Under the pieces are notes generated by a model. That model did not search any database. It was not told the DNA's origin and saw only the letters and a program-made list of their open reading frames with translations. Both the position numbers and the translations under genes were made by a program. A DNA stretch of 64,000 nucleotides, from the NCBI GenBank assembly GCA_002633005.1, contig NMRA01000080.1, positions 35,985 to 99,984 of the forward strand, written 5' to 3'. Source of the stretch: Phoronis australis (taxonomy: Eukaryota > Animalia > Phoronida). Shown piece by piece: positions 50,683 to 64,000 of this stretch (the stretch's first letter is position 1; the number at the start of each line of letters is the position of its first letter).

Positions 50683-52653
50683 CGTAGTGGAATCTCTATT
50701 TAGAACTGTGTTATGGTCGTTGTTAAGGACATTTGGTGAAATTACGAGTTACACCTATTAGTTGGGGCGATGAGACTCATTAAATAAGTACACTGTATTT
50801 AAGCCAGTCAGTTTGGTGGCAATGGAATACAACCAATTAGGGAGACTGGTGAGTAGAGACATAGTCTAGCTTACATGCATACTGTTTCTGAACAAGTCCG
50901 CGAACATCGCGCTGACAATGACGAATTAGTATCAGCGTAGGCGTAGATCAACCTAACACATCACATCTCTTACACTATGTACCAAGTAGAGTCTATGGAA
51001 ACAGCCCGTACCCAAAGACGAGTGTAAAATTTCGATTTTAATTTCCATTATCAATGAACATAATAGGAGACGTTACCATGCAACGTCCCTAAGTCGAGGA
51101 CACAGTCTATATTTATTTCCATTGACGCAGGAGCATAATTTTGGGATATATTATCAGAAAAATGTACGTAAAAGAGGACAGCATGATGAAGATGAAATGA
51201 TTAAAAACTAACGTTAGTAAAACCCTCAAAAAGCTGAAGATTGGGAACGTAGTGTAATCTCTATTTAGAACTGTGTTGTTGTCGTTGTTAGGGATTTTTG
51301 GGGAAATAATGAGTTACAAAAATTAGTGGTGGCGATGATACTCAATAATAAGTACACTGTATTTAAGCCAGTGAGTTTGGTGGCATTGAAATAGAACCAA
51401 TTAGGGAAACTAGTGAGTAGAGATATAGTCTAGCTTATATGCATACTGAATCTGAACAAGTCCGCGAACATCGCACTGACAATGACGAATTAGTATCACC
51501 GTAGGCGTAGATCAACCTAACACATCACATCTCTTACACTATGTACCAATCAGAGTCTATGGAAACAGCCCGTACCTAAAGACGAGTGTAAAATTCCGAT
51601 TTTAATTTCTATTATCAATGAACTTAATAAGAGACGTTACCATGCAACGTACCTAAGTCAAGGACACAGTCTCTGTTTATGTCCATTGACGCAGCAGCTT
51701 AATTTTGGGATATATTATCAGAAAAATGTACGTAAAAGAGGACATCATGATGAAGATGAAATGATTAAAAACTAACGTTAGTAAATCCTACAAAAAAGCA
51801 GAAGATTGGGAACGTAGTGGAATCTATTTAGAACTGTGTTATTGTCGTTGTTAGGGATTTTTGGGGAAATTATGAGTTACACATATTAGTGGTGGCGATG
51901 AGACTCACTAAATAAGTACACTGTATTTAAGCCAGTCAGTTTGGTGACATTGAAATAGAACCAATTAGGGAAACTAGTGAGTAGGAACATAGCCTAACGT
52001 ACATGCATACTGTTTCTGAACAAGTCAGCGAACTTCACGCTGACAATGACGAATTTGTATCAGCGTAGGCTTAGATCAACCTAACACATCACATCTGTTA
52101 CACTATACCAACTAGGGTTTATTAGGGCCTTTCATACTAACGTCGACGCGTCGATGGTTTGGGGAGTTGCGGTCAGTATGAACGCTTAACTCCGGTCCTG
52201 GATCGCAGTTAAGAGCTCCAGTTAACATCGCAGTTAATAGGTGGATTTAAGACCGCAGCGTCGACGCTGCGGTGCAGTATGAACGCTTAACTCCGGTCCA
52301 ATCGAAGTTATCGCCAGGTGCCACTGTTATCGTCAACAGTTACAGAGTAGTGCCGTCACTAATAACTACTTATTGTTTGCTTTAATGACAACCAATCGAT
52401 TTAAAAATGTGTTTACTGTCATTTAGCACATTTAAATGTTCCAAATTGTCACATTGAAAAAAATCTTAGCGTGCAGCGCTACCTTGCGATAACTTCGATG
52501 ACGTCAGCGTCACCAACCCTTTTCTTCGATGGTCATTAACTACCGAAGCCAGTATGAACGGTCCAGTTAACTGCGCTGTTTACGTCGACGCTCCGCTCAG
52601 ACCGGAGTTAAGTCAATATGAAAGGGCCTATTGAAACAGCCAGTACCTAAAGA
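50683..52653. repeat. Tandem repeat, ~565-bp unit x ~2.6, directly 3' of the NRPS stop
   Basis: cgtagtg.aatc..tatttagaactgtg starts at 50683, 51248 and 51813. The third unit is interrupted by a MITE and resumes with gaaacagccagtacctaaaga at ~52633. Confidence 0.92.
52124..52629. mobile_element. 506-bp PIF/Harbinger-like MITE, ATT TSD
   Basis: att|AGGGCCTTTCATA...TATGAAAGGGCCT|att, with internal repeats cagtatgaacgcttaactccggtcc. Confidence 0.75.
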
Positions 52654-55600
52654 AAACAACTGGGCAATGTGTTTGAACTGCTGCGGACAGTGTATTTACG
52701 GTTGCATTATTTATCATTTCGAATCGACTCTGGTAAATCGAGCTAGGTGTAGTGTGTTGATTACGTTTGGTTAACTAAGATGCTTTATTTTTTTACATCA
52801 GCAGCGATGACGTCGTTTGCAAAGGAGGCTTATTTTGGGCAATGACAAAGCTAAACGACTGAAATATATGCGATGAAGTTTTTCTGTTGCTTTTTATTAT
52901 GACGTTGGTTGTGTTGAATTCCGGGTGATGAGTACAATAAGAGGCTTTTTGAATCTGTGGATCAGCGCGTTTTGAACCAAACTGCACACAGAAGATGTCA
53001 TTTAAATAACTAAGAAGTACTCCCGATGCTCATTTACAGCAAAACATGTACAACAACTGTCTAGTTCAGATGTAATGTCATATAACATTAAATATGATAC
53101 ATATGATATCACACACAAGAAATGGCCGGGGTACACATGTGCATGGCATGTGAAACAGCAAAGGTGGGCGACAATCTACCAAAACATGTGTATTTACTGG
53201 ATAATATAGAAAAGTGAATACCAACAAAAACGGGAAAATAAAGATGGTAGGGGCCTAAGAGGCAGGGTTGAGGGAAATAGTGGTTGAAACAGGAGTCGCA
53301 AAGCACCATCCAATGCGAAAGCAAAAGTAAGATAAAGAAACCAAAATATTACCTGGGACATGTACCAGTGAAATTTGGTCTGTGTCTCGTGAAACTTTTG
53401 AACCGGCTAGGCCGATGTCTAGCGAATATTGAAGTGGGGTAGACTACCACAGTGAAATACGTTGCCTCAGTAGCCCGACGCCTCAAACGTGCTTTCCGTA
53501 GCCTTAGCACAGGCTTCGTACTCCCCGTGATGAACATGGGGGAAAACATACACGACGCATGCCCGGCTGAATAGGGGATTCCATTCGTTTACCAGCAAAG
53601 GAAAAAGTCCAAACACTAATCCTTGACAACATACAGCCTTAGCAATCACGCGTGGTCATTCCAAAACTGAATCGTCAGCTTAGTGATTGGTCGACGGGCG
53701 AATTGGATAAGATCGTCTGCGAATGTCACAGGCTCAGAAGCAAGATGGCATGCCGGTAGAAACTGAATGAAATGACTTTCTCTCAAAAATTTGATGATTT
53801 ATAGTTGATTTAAGATGTACGCGTATTTAGACGGACAGCAATTACAAACGTCTAATGTTTCGTCTCACACCTGCCAACACCCAGGGCCCTAGGAGGCGGG
53901 GAGCCGGAGAGCCATATTTCCGGGGGCTCAGCCCTTGATGAAGTTCAAGTGGCCACCCCTTTCGTGTTTTTATTGACGATTTCTTAAGGTTCCGCTCACA
54001 GAGAGAGGGTCCAGTGTTGGAATCGGTTACCTCTATTTTCAATTTTTTGTGAAATCGCACAACCGCGGCTTTCATGTTGATAAAGGTCACTTCTTGCACG
54101 GCCACACGACGATAGAATGAACATTCACACTTTTCCAAGCTGGTTTAGGCTTTCATCTTAAGGTGTCCCATTGTAGACGGGACCCTGTCTCGGTGGGGGC
54201 GGTTTGGAGGTATTGTCCCTTTGTTCCTTTATTCATGTAAATCCGACACTGCCAAGTATTCAAGAAGGGAAGTCGAGATTCCGAATTCATCAAAAACACA
54301 GCACAACAGTAGCCTATTATGAAATCAACCTAAACAACCAAAAGATGGGAACAATACAATAGGATATACTGAATAGGATTGACCGCCATGTAAAAAGCGG
54401 AATTTTGAAGAACGTGATAAGTTACACAAAAGGGCTATTTCCGATGGTTTGTTATAAAATAATGTTACTTTTTTCCATAGTATATCAAGAACATCGTTAC
54501 AAGTAGAGTTGTTTGTAAGGAATTCGCACTTGTCGAAACGACTGTCGGGGCTACGATTTGTGATGATCGTGTACATGTCAAACGGGGCTGTTCGGAGTAC
54601 TCGTAATCATAAACAAAGATTTCAGCGTTTTTTTTGGACTTCAAGTTTAACTCGTGAATCGTTATAGGCACCTCTGAAATGAGCAAACTACACCTAAAAC
54701 GAATGCCACAATTCCTTTGCTCCCCTGGTTGCACGTCAAAAATCTGCAAGCATGCTTGCGGAAATGCTTATAACACTCCGTTTTGATAACAAATCTGTTG
54801 GTTCCTACGAACATTTTCAGATGCATATAAGATTTTTGACAATTAGGGGTTAATCTTGAAAGACTTGATGATTTTCAGCGAATTAAGTTGCAACATGAAA
54901 TTGGAAAAACTTTATAATCCTACCCCCAATTTGTGAAGTACACTTAAACGATTTTTGCCTATTTAAAATAACTCTCCGATATTGATAAAATTACGGAACG
55001 GGTTGATATCTTTTTATTTTATTTTTAAACTTGAAGTACAAAAAACAGTGGTAGATTTTGATAGTCAGCGAAGCTTAAATAGTTTAGTTAATTGGCATTA
55101 ATTCACTCACGCTCACGCTCACGCTTACACCAGCCTCCCGTTAAGTAACGCTAGGACCTCGCTAAAAAGCAAGAATTCACAAGATTACGTGAGATATTGC
55201 CGTGTATTTTAAATGAGAGCACGTGACTTTGGCTAGATGTCGTACATTCAAAAACTTATTCAATTTCCCACCCTTACCTCCTAGTTTTCGTCATTCCCTC
55301 GTACTGTGGCCGGGCTTTTTATCGCCCATCTTACCAGAGATTACCAATTATACGTTATTTACCTGTATTCATGATATTTTAATTGTACTAGTCGTAATAA
55401 GTGACCTTACATCGCCTACCTCCATCAATCCTTTTCATCTCTGGAAACGAGCTTGCGACGTACGTATCAATATATCTATTATTCGGGACATATGTCGATC
55501 ATAAATAGTTTTATAAAGGTATTTTCGAGAGCGAGTCCGTGTTCGAATTGTAGAAATAGTATATTGGAGCGATCGAACGATATCAAACGACAGGTACGTT

Positions 55601-56487
55601 ATAGGCTAACTAAGCCATGGATTCGATCGTGTTTTTCCTGAGCCTTCTAATTCTGTAGATATTGGACTACTAACTGAACAGACTTGGCGAGAAAAGTGCT
55701 GTACTGTATAAACTTAGTGTCGCGCGGTGTTATTGAGTCGTAAATTTGGCCGCCGAAAAAAGTTTCATATACAAATGTTGTGTTGACGTTAGGCAAAGTC
55801 TCGTACCATTCACTTACAAGTAGTTCCATTGCCACACCAGGCGTAATTGTCATGTTTATTGCCCCCCGCAGCCGAGTGGGTAATGAACTGTAGAAATCGC
55901 TGACAAAAGCGTGTCAAGTTTATTGCCCCTAGCCTGTAACCCCTGAGATTCTATCACGATCATGTTGGGCAATATTACACCACAGTACGTGAAACAATAA
56001 TGTGATTTGTAACAGGAATGATCTCATCTCTGTCCCTATACTAGCATGTCATCGTCGGTACTAGCACATTCGAATAAATTGATCATTACCGGTTATTTGG
56101 TGAGGAACCATCAAGTCCAAGAACTTTAACTTGGTGACTTGTCATTGTCCCGGTTTGTCATGTGACACCCTGTATAGCGGGCCACCTCGTGGTTTCGGGA
56201 GTTCGGTCACTCTTTCTAGCGTCGTACACTGGCAGACGCGACATTTCGGCTCTACCAAATTCAACCGAAGCGGCCCTGGAGTCTGGACTCCATTTATAAT
56301 GGATGCGTAAGCCCATGCACTTAGGTTTAGCCCCTTAAACAGTTCGACTGTATATCTAAATTCACCCCTATTTACTCCCAAAGCAAGTGATCGTTCTCGT
56401 ATAAGTTATCCCCGCAGAATGCTGGGGTTTCGTCGTCTAACAGCTAAGACGCATCAATCACAACGCACCGGCGCCCACCGCACTTAA

Positions 56488-58706
56488 AGTCCCTGTCTCA
56501 CGCGTTGTTAACCCTTATTACATGGTTAGAAGATGTTATAAGGATCCAAGAAGTACCTACCCCCATAACTAATACACGATCCGTACTCGAAAACAGTTTA
56601 AATGAACGCGCCACTCACGATTCGCACCCGAAGAAACACCGCCATTTTGAACTTGCCGCGAACCCGGAAGTACAATTCATTCAGGAACCCAGGCCGAGAA
56701 AACGCCGTCAGTGCGACTGGTGCAGTGCCTGCACTGTTACCAGCCAGCAAACGGGGATTAAAAAAAATCGACAGCGCGCCTTAAATTTGATAAAATCAAA
56801 CTACGCGGACACTTTGCTGAAGAAATGTGGCGAATAAATTTTGACAGAAATTATTTTGCTAGACTCGGGACCGCAGCCTATCGACCCGGTGCGGATCGAG
56901 ACCAGACACTGGCGAACGGTAAATGCATGCGGTTGCAAGCTGTTTTGTCGAAGTAAAATGGTCAAATGATAAATGCTGCATATATTCAAGGGTCGTTTCA
57001 GACCGTCACTTGCATGAAATTACGGGCTGGTTAGTCCTGTGTCACACTGCCGCGGCAGACCTTAGTTAGCGCTCAGTCACCAGCTACCGGTGAAGACTAT
57101 AGTCAAGTGAAATACAGCTTTTTTGTTAGTAGGCCTATACAGCCTCCCGTTCAGTAGCGCTAGGCCTCGCTAAGAAGCAAGACTTCGCGAGATTACGTGA
57201 GATATTGCCGTGTATTTATAAATGAGAACATGTAACTTTCACTAGGATTTTGCAAGGTTCTAGCGTAGGTCCTAGCGTCTACTGAACGCACGCCAGCTTT
57301 GCGCCAAGACTACCCTTAGGCCTAACTGGTCGCTGGCCACAAACACAAAAAACACGAAAATTGAACAAAGTTTCTTTTTTGTAGCAACGTTTGTCAAAAT
57401 GTATCAACGTTAAATCTTCACAAATTACAAAGTAGCCGATTGAACATGCCTTTCAGTTCAGCAAAAGTCGACATTGTAGGTGCCGCCANCAAAACCATTA
57501 CGGCAAACAGATGGTGCTGTATGTAATGGTGCTTTACTAACAGGCAGCGCAGCTTACAGTCATGTGACATTCTTGTGTGAACTGAATCATGACCCAGCAC
57601 CTTGACCTACATTCTACAGCTGCTGACGTCACATCGCCGTTGTGACAACGTGACATGACGAGCTCAGTGCTTCACTCTTTGTTTATGCTGTCAGCTGTTA
57701 TTGATCATGGCCACCAACATGTTCATAGTGCATGGTTCAGTTCGTTAAATAGATATTATATAAGTTGAAACCACTCTCTTTTGCCTTAGTGTTGATAGAA
57801 CATAAAATATTACAGTCGTTTCTACTTGGCGGTGAACCATCAGCTGCCGTGCCGTGCCACGGCCAGTCCGGTCTGCTGGGCTCAGTGTTGTTGGCTAAGA
57901 GAACGAGACACTGAACGAAAAAGAAAATATCGCAAGAGAATAAAACCTAACATGTATATCACCATGTATAATTCAAGCATAATTTAAAAAATATAGTGGT
58001 TATATTTCAACCTAATTAAAATTATGGTTGTTGAGTTGCCAAAATCTCGCCGGGCGGAAAAGTGGCCGGGCCCGGTTTAATAGCCTCACCATGGTCACGT
58101 TCATTGAATATATATTTTACCCGAGCAACCACAACAGCGTAGATTATTAACACTTTCATCTTAATTTTATGTTATAAACAGTTATTACAAATGGGGTTTT
58201 AAACATGGAATGTCGGACACAAAGATTTCTTTTCCACACAAATTCGCCACTCATCACTGAGGACATACACTGTCTGGTTCATGAACTCTCGTGACCTGTG
58301 GCTACAGTCAGCAGCAGCAGAATGTAGGTCAAGGTGCTTGGTTAAGATTCTCTGGCAGACAGTCTTATTTGAGACGGTCTCTGTTTGAGCATAGACTATG
58401 TTTGAGCGATAAAATGACACGTGATTGATGAGAAGCGCCATCTGTTCGCCGTAAAGGTTTTGGATGAGCGGGTACCTTTTGCGTGATAGAGTGTAGTTCC
58501 TGAACTGATGAGCCGGAAATGTGGGTACGGAAATAACCGATGACAACCGGTAATCATACGCTCAGAGAGAAGGGTCAAATACTGTTAAAAAATCGCTTTT
58601 GGCAAGAAAGGCGAAAAGAATATAAAGAAAGGGTGTCGAAAATAAGAATTTATGTAGTAAGTATTTTCGGATACTAGAACTGCATGGGCAGTTTGCAACA
58701 AGGACT
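56488..58706. mobile_element. Non-autonomous Kolobok-like DNA transposon, copy 2 (internal deletion, nested insertion, one N at 57489)
   Basis: TTAA|AGTCC...GGACT|TTAA. 56497-57340 matches 908-1583, 57345-57480 matches ~2460-2600, and 58496-58706 matches ~3233-3445. Confidence 0.75.
57143..57293. mobile_element. 151-bp MITE nested in Kolobok-like copy 2, CAG TSD
   Basis: The empty site tatacagctttgcg is present in copy 1 (~1535-1547). The filled site here reads cag|...|cag. Confidence 0.85.
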
Positions 58707-61700
58707 TTAAACCCTACAGAACAAAAAAACGACAATGTCCGACAACGCTACCCATGCCGCGCCTGTGAGTAAACGTACTAGCGACTGTACAGTTTAAATG
58801 CTGCATAGGCCTACTATATACTACAACTTGGCGATTGTTTCTTTTGACTTAAAAGTACGTTCGTTTTTAACACTAAAATAGTTCACAAGTCCTGCCCCGG
58901 GCTCGATGATAACGAGACGCCCCGAGCGCCCTCGATTACAGATTTAATTATTCACATATTCCTCCGATTCTTTGGCACAAGTTGTGGTAAAGGAAAAAAT
59001 GGATGACCATGAGGCCAATAATTACAAAAATTCTTTTTACTGAACAAAAAATTTCACTAGATTGCCCAAATGAATATTCAATCGTCCACTGAGATGAGTT
59101 CACGCACTGAGCACTGCAGTCTGAAGCACGTTTTTCATATAACCAATAGGTGGCGCGTTATCTAGTAAGAGAAAAAAGTGGCGGGCAGGAAGCAAGCTAA
59201 ATAGATGATAAAATAACTTAATTTCACATTTTAAGCTTCAGTAATCTTCAGTTGGTACGGGTAAGTTATACATCTAAGGGTTTTAGAATTCAAGGACCAA
59301 TAGAAATGGACAAAACTGAGCGCAGCGACTTCGGCTCCGTCGTATTGCAGATCTTCTTGTTGAAATCTTGTTCACTACTGCAGACACCAGACAGTACTGG
59401 GGATTTTTTTTGACAAACTGAGTGACTATTCCCATGTGACTGCAATAGTTGGCACTACCTTCCTGCAGCGTTGACCCCAATCAAGGGTGTAGTTCAGGAT
59501 GGGGGTGGAATTATCCCCTCGTTTTTACAGCCTGAAAGGACAGTTCTCCTAATTAAAGTAAAATTCATTCTGGTTATTGTTTACAGTCATGACGATATTG
59601 GCCTACACACATGATTTTGGTATTGTTCTGTTCCTAGCAATGTTATCTGTCCAAAAATACATGGAAATGTTTCCTCTCCTGTCCCCTTAGTATTACATCA
59701 TCAAATTTCTGCACGCACTGTTTCCCGGTAGGTATTTGCCATGTTGAATGGAATTAAGGAATCATCTGTTGTAGGCAAACACCATTCAGAATTGAAGATG
59801 CTGTTTCATTCATTAGTGTAATGGGCATTATTGTCTTATTGTCGAGTAGGCTCTGAACATACTTCATAAAGGTAGGTCAAGTAGGATACTAGTGTCCTGT
59901 TTGTTTACACAATGGGTAACTTGACCGTGGGTGATGACACCATCTGAATGCCAGGCCACAGACATGCAGTGCTGGACTTCAATGGAACAATTTATTTTGA
60001 CCAAAAACATATACCGTTGTGGTCGACATTAGATAATTTATAATTAACTTTCAAAATTAAGTGAGAAAAATGCAACAAGTGAATTAACCGAATGCTCAGG
60101 CACATTCCAGTCATAGACAACAAATGTATGATCACTGCCGTACATCAAACATCAAGTTGAAACGTAAACATAACCACTACACACTTGTAATGTGGCAGTC
60201 TGTACTAACTTACCCCCACTTGCGAACACAGGACTAATTCATAATGGCCTTTATGCAGCGTACATCCTAGCACTAATCTGGTTGCCCTGGCAAAGACTCC
60301 TAATGTATCATTTGGATGCCCTGTCAATCAGAATTTCTCCAGTTTGGACACCCACACTGTAAGATTGCTAGGACTCCCAGCTAATGATTGAGAAAAGTTG
60401 GCCCTTTCAACTCAGACAGAAATATACAATGTAATGTTGCAATGTTTAAACTATTTTCAAAGTATTTAGTAGACATGTCCATCATTAGGAGTGTTTGGTT
60501 GCCAGTGTGTCTCTGCTTTCAGTGCTCTCATATCCCAGTGCAATTCAGTACTTTATATATTGGGACACTGGCCTTGGTTAACTCCAAACTGGTGTTTCAG
60601 AGCTGTTGTTTCATGTACTTCATCTTTTTTAAAAACATCAAATGTGAAATAAAAGTTATTATTTTAATAATACGATGTGCCACAAGAATATCCCTATTTA
60701 AAATGTTTGAGTTTGCACCTGTTTCATGCTTTTCTAGATATGGAGCAGCAGTCACCTCTTGCCAAAATGTAAACCACATCATCTGTGGATTTTTCTTGTG
60801 TTGGTAACTGCAGCTTTGATGACTCATTTTGTAGAATATAAAGCTAGTAAAGATGATACGATAAACTTAAAACAGCAATTTGACTTGAAATCGCCAAAAG
60901 CAGTGCACTCATCGTTCAACCAGTATCTGGAATATCTAGTACCTGCTCAGTAAGCTATTTGGCTGTTTTCGTAAATTTAGACATAAAAGTCTTGATCAAC
61001 AGTTTTTTAGTACTTAAAAAAGCCCAATACAAGGGAGCTGTTTTTGTAAACTTAGGTGTAAAAGCCTTGTTCAAAGCATTTTTTGTAAAAAACCTCACTG
61101 TGTCTGTGGGAGGAGGGGTTACTGGTGAATGGTGGTGGGATTGGGGGTAATGCGTCGTTGGAATCATGGACGCCCTGGAATATTGGGAACCCCATTTTGG
61201 ACACCCTATTTTTGAAATCCTGGACAAAGCCCTGACTTCTTGCACTGATCGGAATGAGCATGGGTGTATTCATTTTGCAGTACCAAATCTTCGATTCCGG
61301 GATGCGGTTTAGAAAAGTTCGACAGCGTTATATTACGAATAATAATATATGTTTTTGTTGAAAATACAAGATACAGTAGTAGGAGATATACATACAGATG
61401 TTACCAGAAATACTCGCATAGAATTTACATGTATGGACATTAAAATGATTTCGATGGTATGATGAATGACCGAGGCAGCTGCTTGCAAACGTGATCGGGG
61501 ATAGTTTCAGCCTAAGTGGCCGAAATGAAGCACACCCAACGCACCGCAAGCCTGACAAGCTACACTACATAACAGTTAGTTAAAAGGGGTAAAAGTGATT
61601 GTGTAAGGTGTACGAGGAGTGTATGAAAAACACTGCAAGCTAGTGCAAGATTTAAGTTATTAGACTGTGGAACCTGGGCTGCCCTGCTCAAACGTGGAGC

Positions 61701-62539
61701 TGGGCATTTTACAGCCTCTGGTCACGAGTGTAATGGCTGAAGGAAGGTCGTCAGATGCTCTGAAATAGCCAGAATTACCTTATACAGCGTCCCATGTATG
61801 GGATTCCCAGCAAGGCCAAGACTACGGACCATGTAGCAACAATCAGTCATAAATTACTCAAAGTACTGTAAGCCTATCAAGGCGGGCAGAGACCTCTGCA
61901 GATAGTTATCTGATGTCCAGAAGGTGGCACATGCATTCCTGTTACATTAGCAACAGGTGTCGCTGTAATTTTGGGTTGAGTGAACATGGCGGTTTCATCC
62001 AGATAGCACTAATATTTGAAGATAAAATAATGAGGAAATGTGGGGGACACGTTCATATATTTTTGGCCTGGGAATGATAGCCGGAATCGAACGATGCCAA
62101 AATCGTGTGTAGGTCAATGTCATCATGTTATGAAAAATTACCAAAATTCGTTTTCAATCTAATCAAAAAAGCGGACATTTTAAAGGCTTTTCTACTTTGG
62201 GAATTCCAGGTCAGTTTATCCCTCGTTTAGTGTCTACTCCAAACCACAGCTTTTTCGAAATCCAGATGTCAATGAAAATACAGTTAATGGATTGCATCCC
62301 GACTCCCAACGACTGAATTTATGAAGGCAAACACATCCATCCCAACTTCACTAGTACTGGTCAACTAACCGAATACAGTTATACCATGATTTTTGTCCAA
62401 TTTTCATCGTACTTTTTCTAGGAAATTTATATACTCAATAGGATTAGGGATTTCTATGCCTGGAAGAAAAACAGTAATAGTCTGATACATGGCTGACTGG
62501 TCCCTGATTTGAGAACCAGTTACTCCCACTGAATAACGC

Positions 62540-63480
62540 CTATTGGCAGCTGTTGTTACTGGTTCTCAATCTGTAAGTAGAAATGATCTGTCTGCAGGTG
62601 TTGTGTTCTGTGAGAGCCAGACTAGGGCGTCTTCATATGCTTCACATTCAGCTCTAAAAGACGAGGATTTTCCAACCCGTGCTGTTGGCCATTCAAAGAG
62701 GCGTTGACCCTCGTGAGTCCAAGCAACTGCTGCCCAAGCCGTAGTGTCATCTCTTAGTGAGCCGCCCGTTGCAACAATGATTGTGGGAGATTGTTCTTCA
62801 AGTCATTCCAATACAGTTGCTTGGTTGATATAGTCAGCTGTTTCCCGCCAATGACAGCCTCCAAATGACGGCCTCCAAATGACGGCCTCCAATCTCCATG
62901 GTGTTGATGACAAAGTTTGTGGCTTTGGACCACTCTATGCTGTTGATGTTCTCCATTGGACATACCTCTTCGACAAGCTCCCTAGCTCCGATAACCCATG
63001 ATTGAACAGTTTTCAGCCTCTGTGCAGTGTGCTCATCACTATGCTCTCTCAAGTCCAGGTACAGAGGATGAGAGTTGGTTGTAGCTGCCTTTAGAAATGC
63101 TTGGGCTGCTAGTGTCTTGTGTTTAGTACAGATGCTATTGATACCTAACCAGTATTGGAGACTGTCTACTGGAGTGGGTCTAGGTGCACTGGTTACTATC
63201 CTCATGGCGTGGTTTTGAATTCTCTGTAGTTTGGTCGTTGACTGTTGGGAGGCACATAGGCACAGATGGAGCCCATACTCAGATCTTGCGCTGACAGTTG
63301 CATTCATGAGCTGAACCAGGCTCTTTTGTTTGATCTGCTGGGCTGCTGCATATCTCAACACTGACAGGCTCTTGGCACCTTTCTCAGCCAGGAATTCTAC
63401 ATGGGATTTCATCGTCATTGTTTGATCCATCTTAAGTATCAGTCCATGGATCCACCGACCACTGTACAGCCAACAAGCGG
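62540..63480 (-). mobile_element. LINE ORF2 relic with RNase H domain (I-group-like)
   Basis: Post-RT KLQRIQNHAMRIVTSAPRPTPVDSL. After a frameshift it reads TIIVATGGS...SSFRAECEAYEDAL...FLLTD*, the RNase H TDGS / AE / TDS pattern. Confidence 0.8.
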
Positions 63481-64000
63481 CAAGGTGGGGGGTCAGCCAT
63501 TCAGATCCTTGTTTAGTCTGATAAATCACATTAGGGATGAGAGAAATTGGGTGAAGTATGACACCACAAAGTTTGGTGGTTTAGGAGATACAAGGGAAGT
63601 GTTCTGGGGGGCAGAATGAGGCAATTTCTTGGTGTGGAATGAGTCCTTTTTGACCAAATTTTCTACTCCGGTTTCTGCTTCGAACAGAATCACTTCTGAA
63701 CAATTTTGATAATACATGATAGGTTCATGACCAATGTCAGCAAAAACGGCACCGACACTGCAATATCGGTTACCATGGTAACACTGGAACTGTTTCCGGG
63801 GAGGTACATTTCCTTCTTGTGAAAAACCAGCAGTAAGTTGTACCCTTATAGCGAAGCTGCCCCCGCGAGAAAACTAAAAATAATAACATGGACATGTAGA
63901 AGACTCCATGCCCTTGAAATTAAAACAATAAAAACTTTGTCAGCCCTTCAGGCAGGTTTGGTAATAGGTGTCTGAATTTCACTATTTTCAGACCGCGTAT

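Noticed and set aside
57489-58495. Novel cargo inside Kolobok-like copy 2
   Set aside because: It begins at an ambiguous base (N at 57489), so it may be an assembly junction. It has no coding signal.
59600-60900. Possible exons of a minus-strand gene or transposase; 139-aa ORF at 60388
   Set aside because: No recognisable domain and frequent stops, so it cannot be supported.

Overview
This is AT-rich, repeat-dense eukaryotic DNA that looks like an invertebrate animal genome. The evidence is a THAP zinc finger, Kolobok-, hAT- and Harbinger-like MITEs, LINE relics, a Helentron/DINE-like satellite and canonical GT-AG splice sites. It holds one clearly intact gene, a giant multimodular nonribosomal peptide synthetase (NRPS) on the + strand. 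A 13.6-kb exon (ATG 35555, donor after 49184) is joined across a 693-bp phase-1 intron (49185-49877) to a terminal exon (49878-50515) that completes a thioesterase, giving about 4755 aa. The domain order read from the motifs is [half-C]-A1-T1-E1-C2-A2-T2-C3-A3-T3-E2-C4-[A remnant]-T4-TE. This predicts a D-L-D tripeptide core with a Cys-like first residue and an A-less fourth module. No tailoring, transport or PPTase genes are visible in the 35 kb upstream or 13 kb downstream, which consist of transposon debris, tandem repeats and hairpins. All domain calls and specificity codes were read by eye from conserved motifs, without database searches. Host identity, substrates and product are inference.
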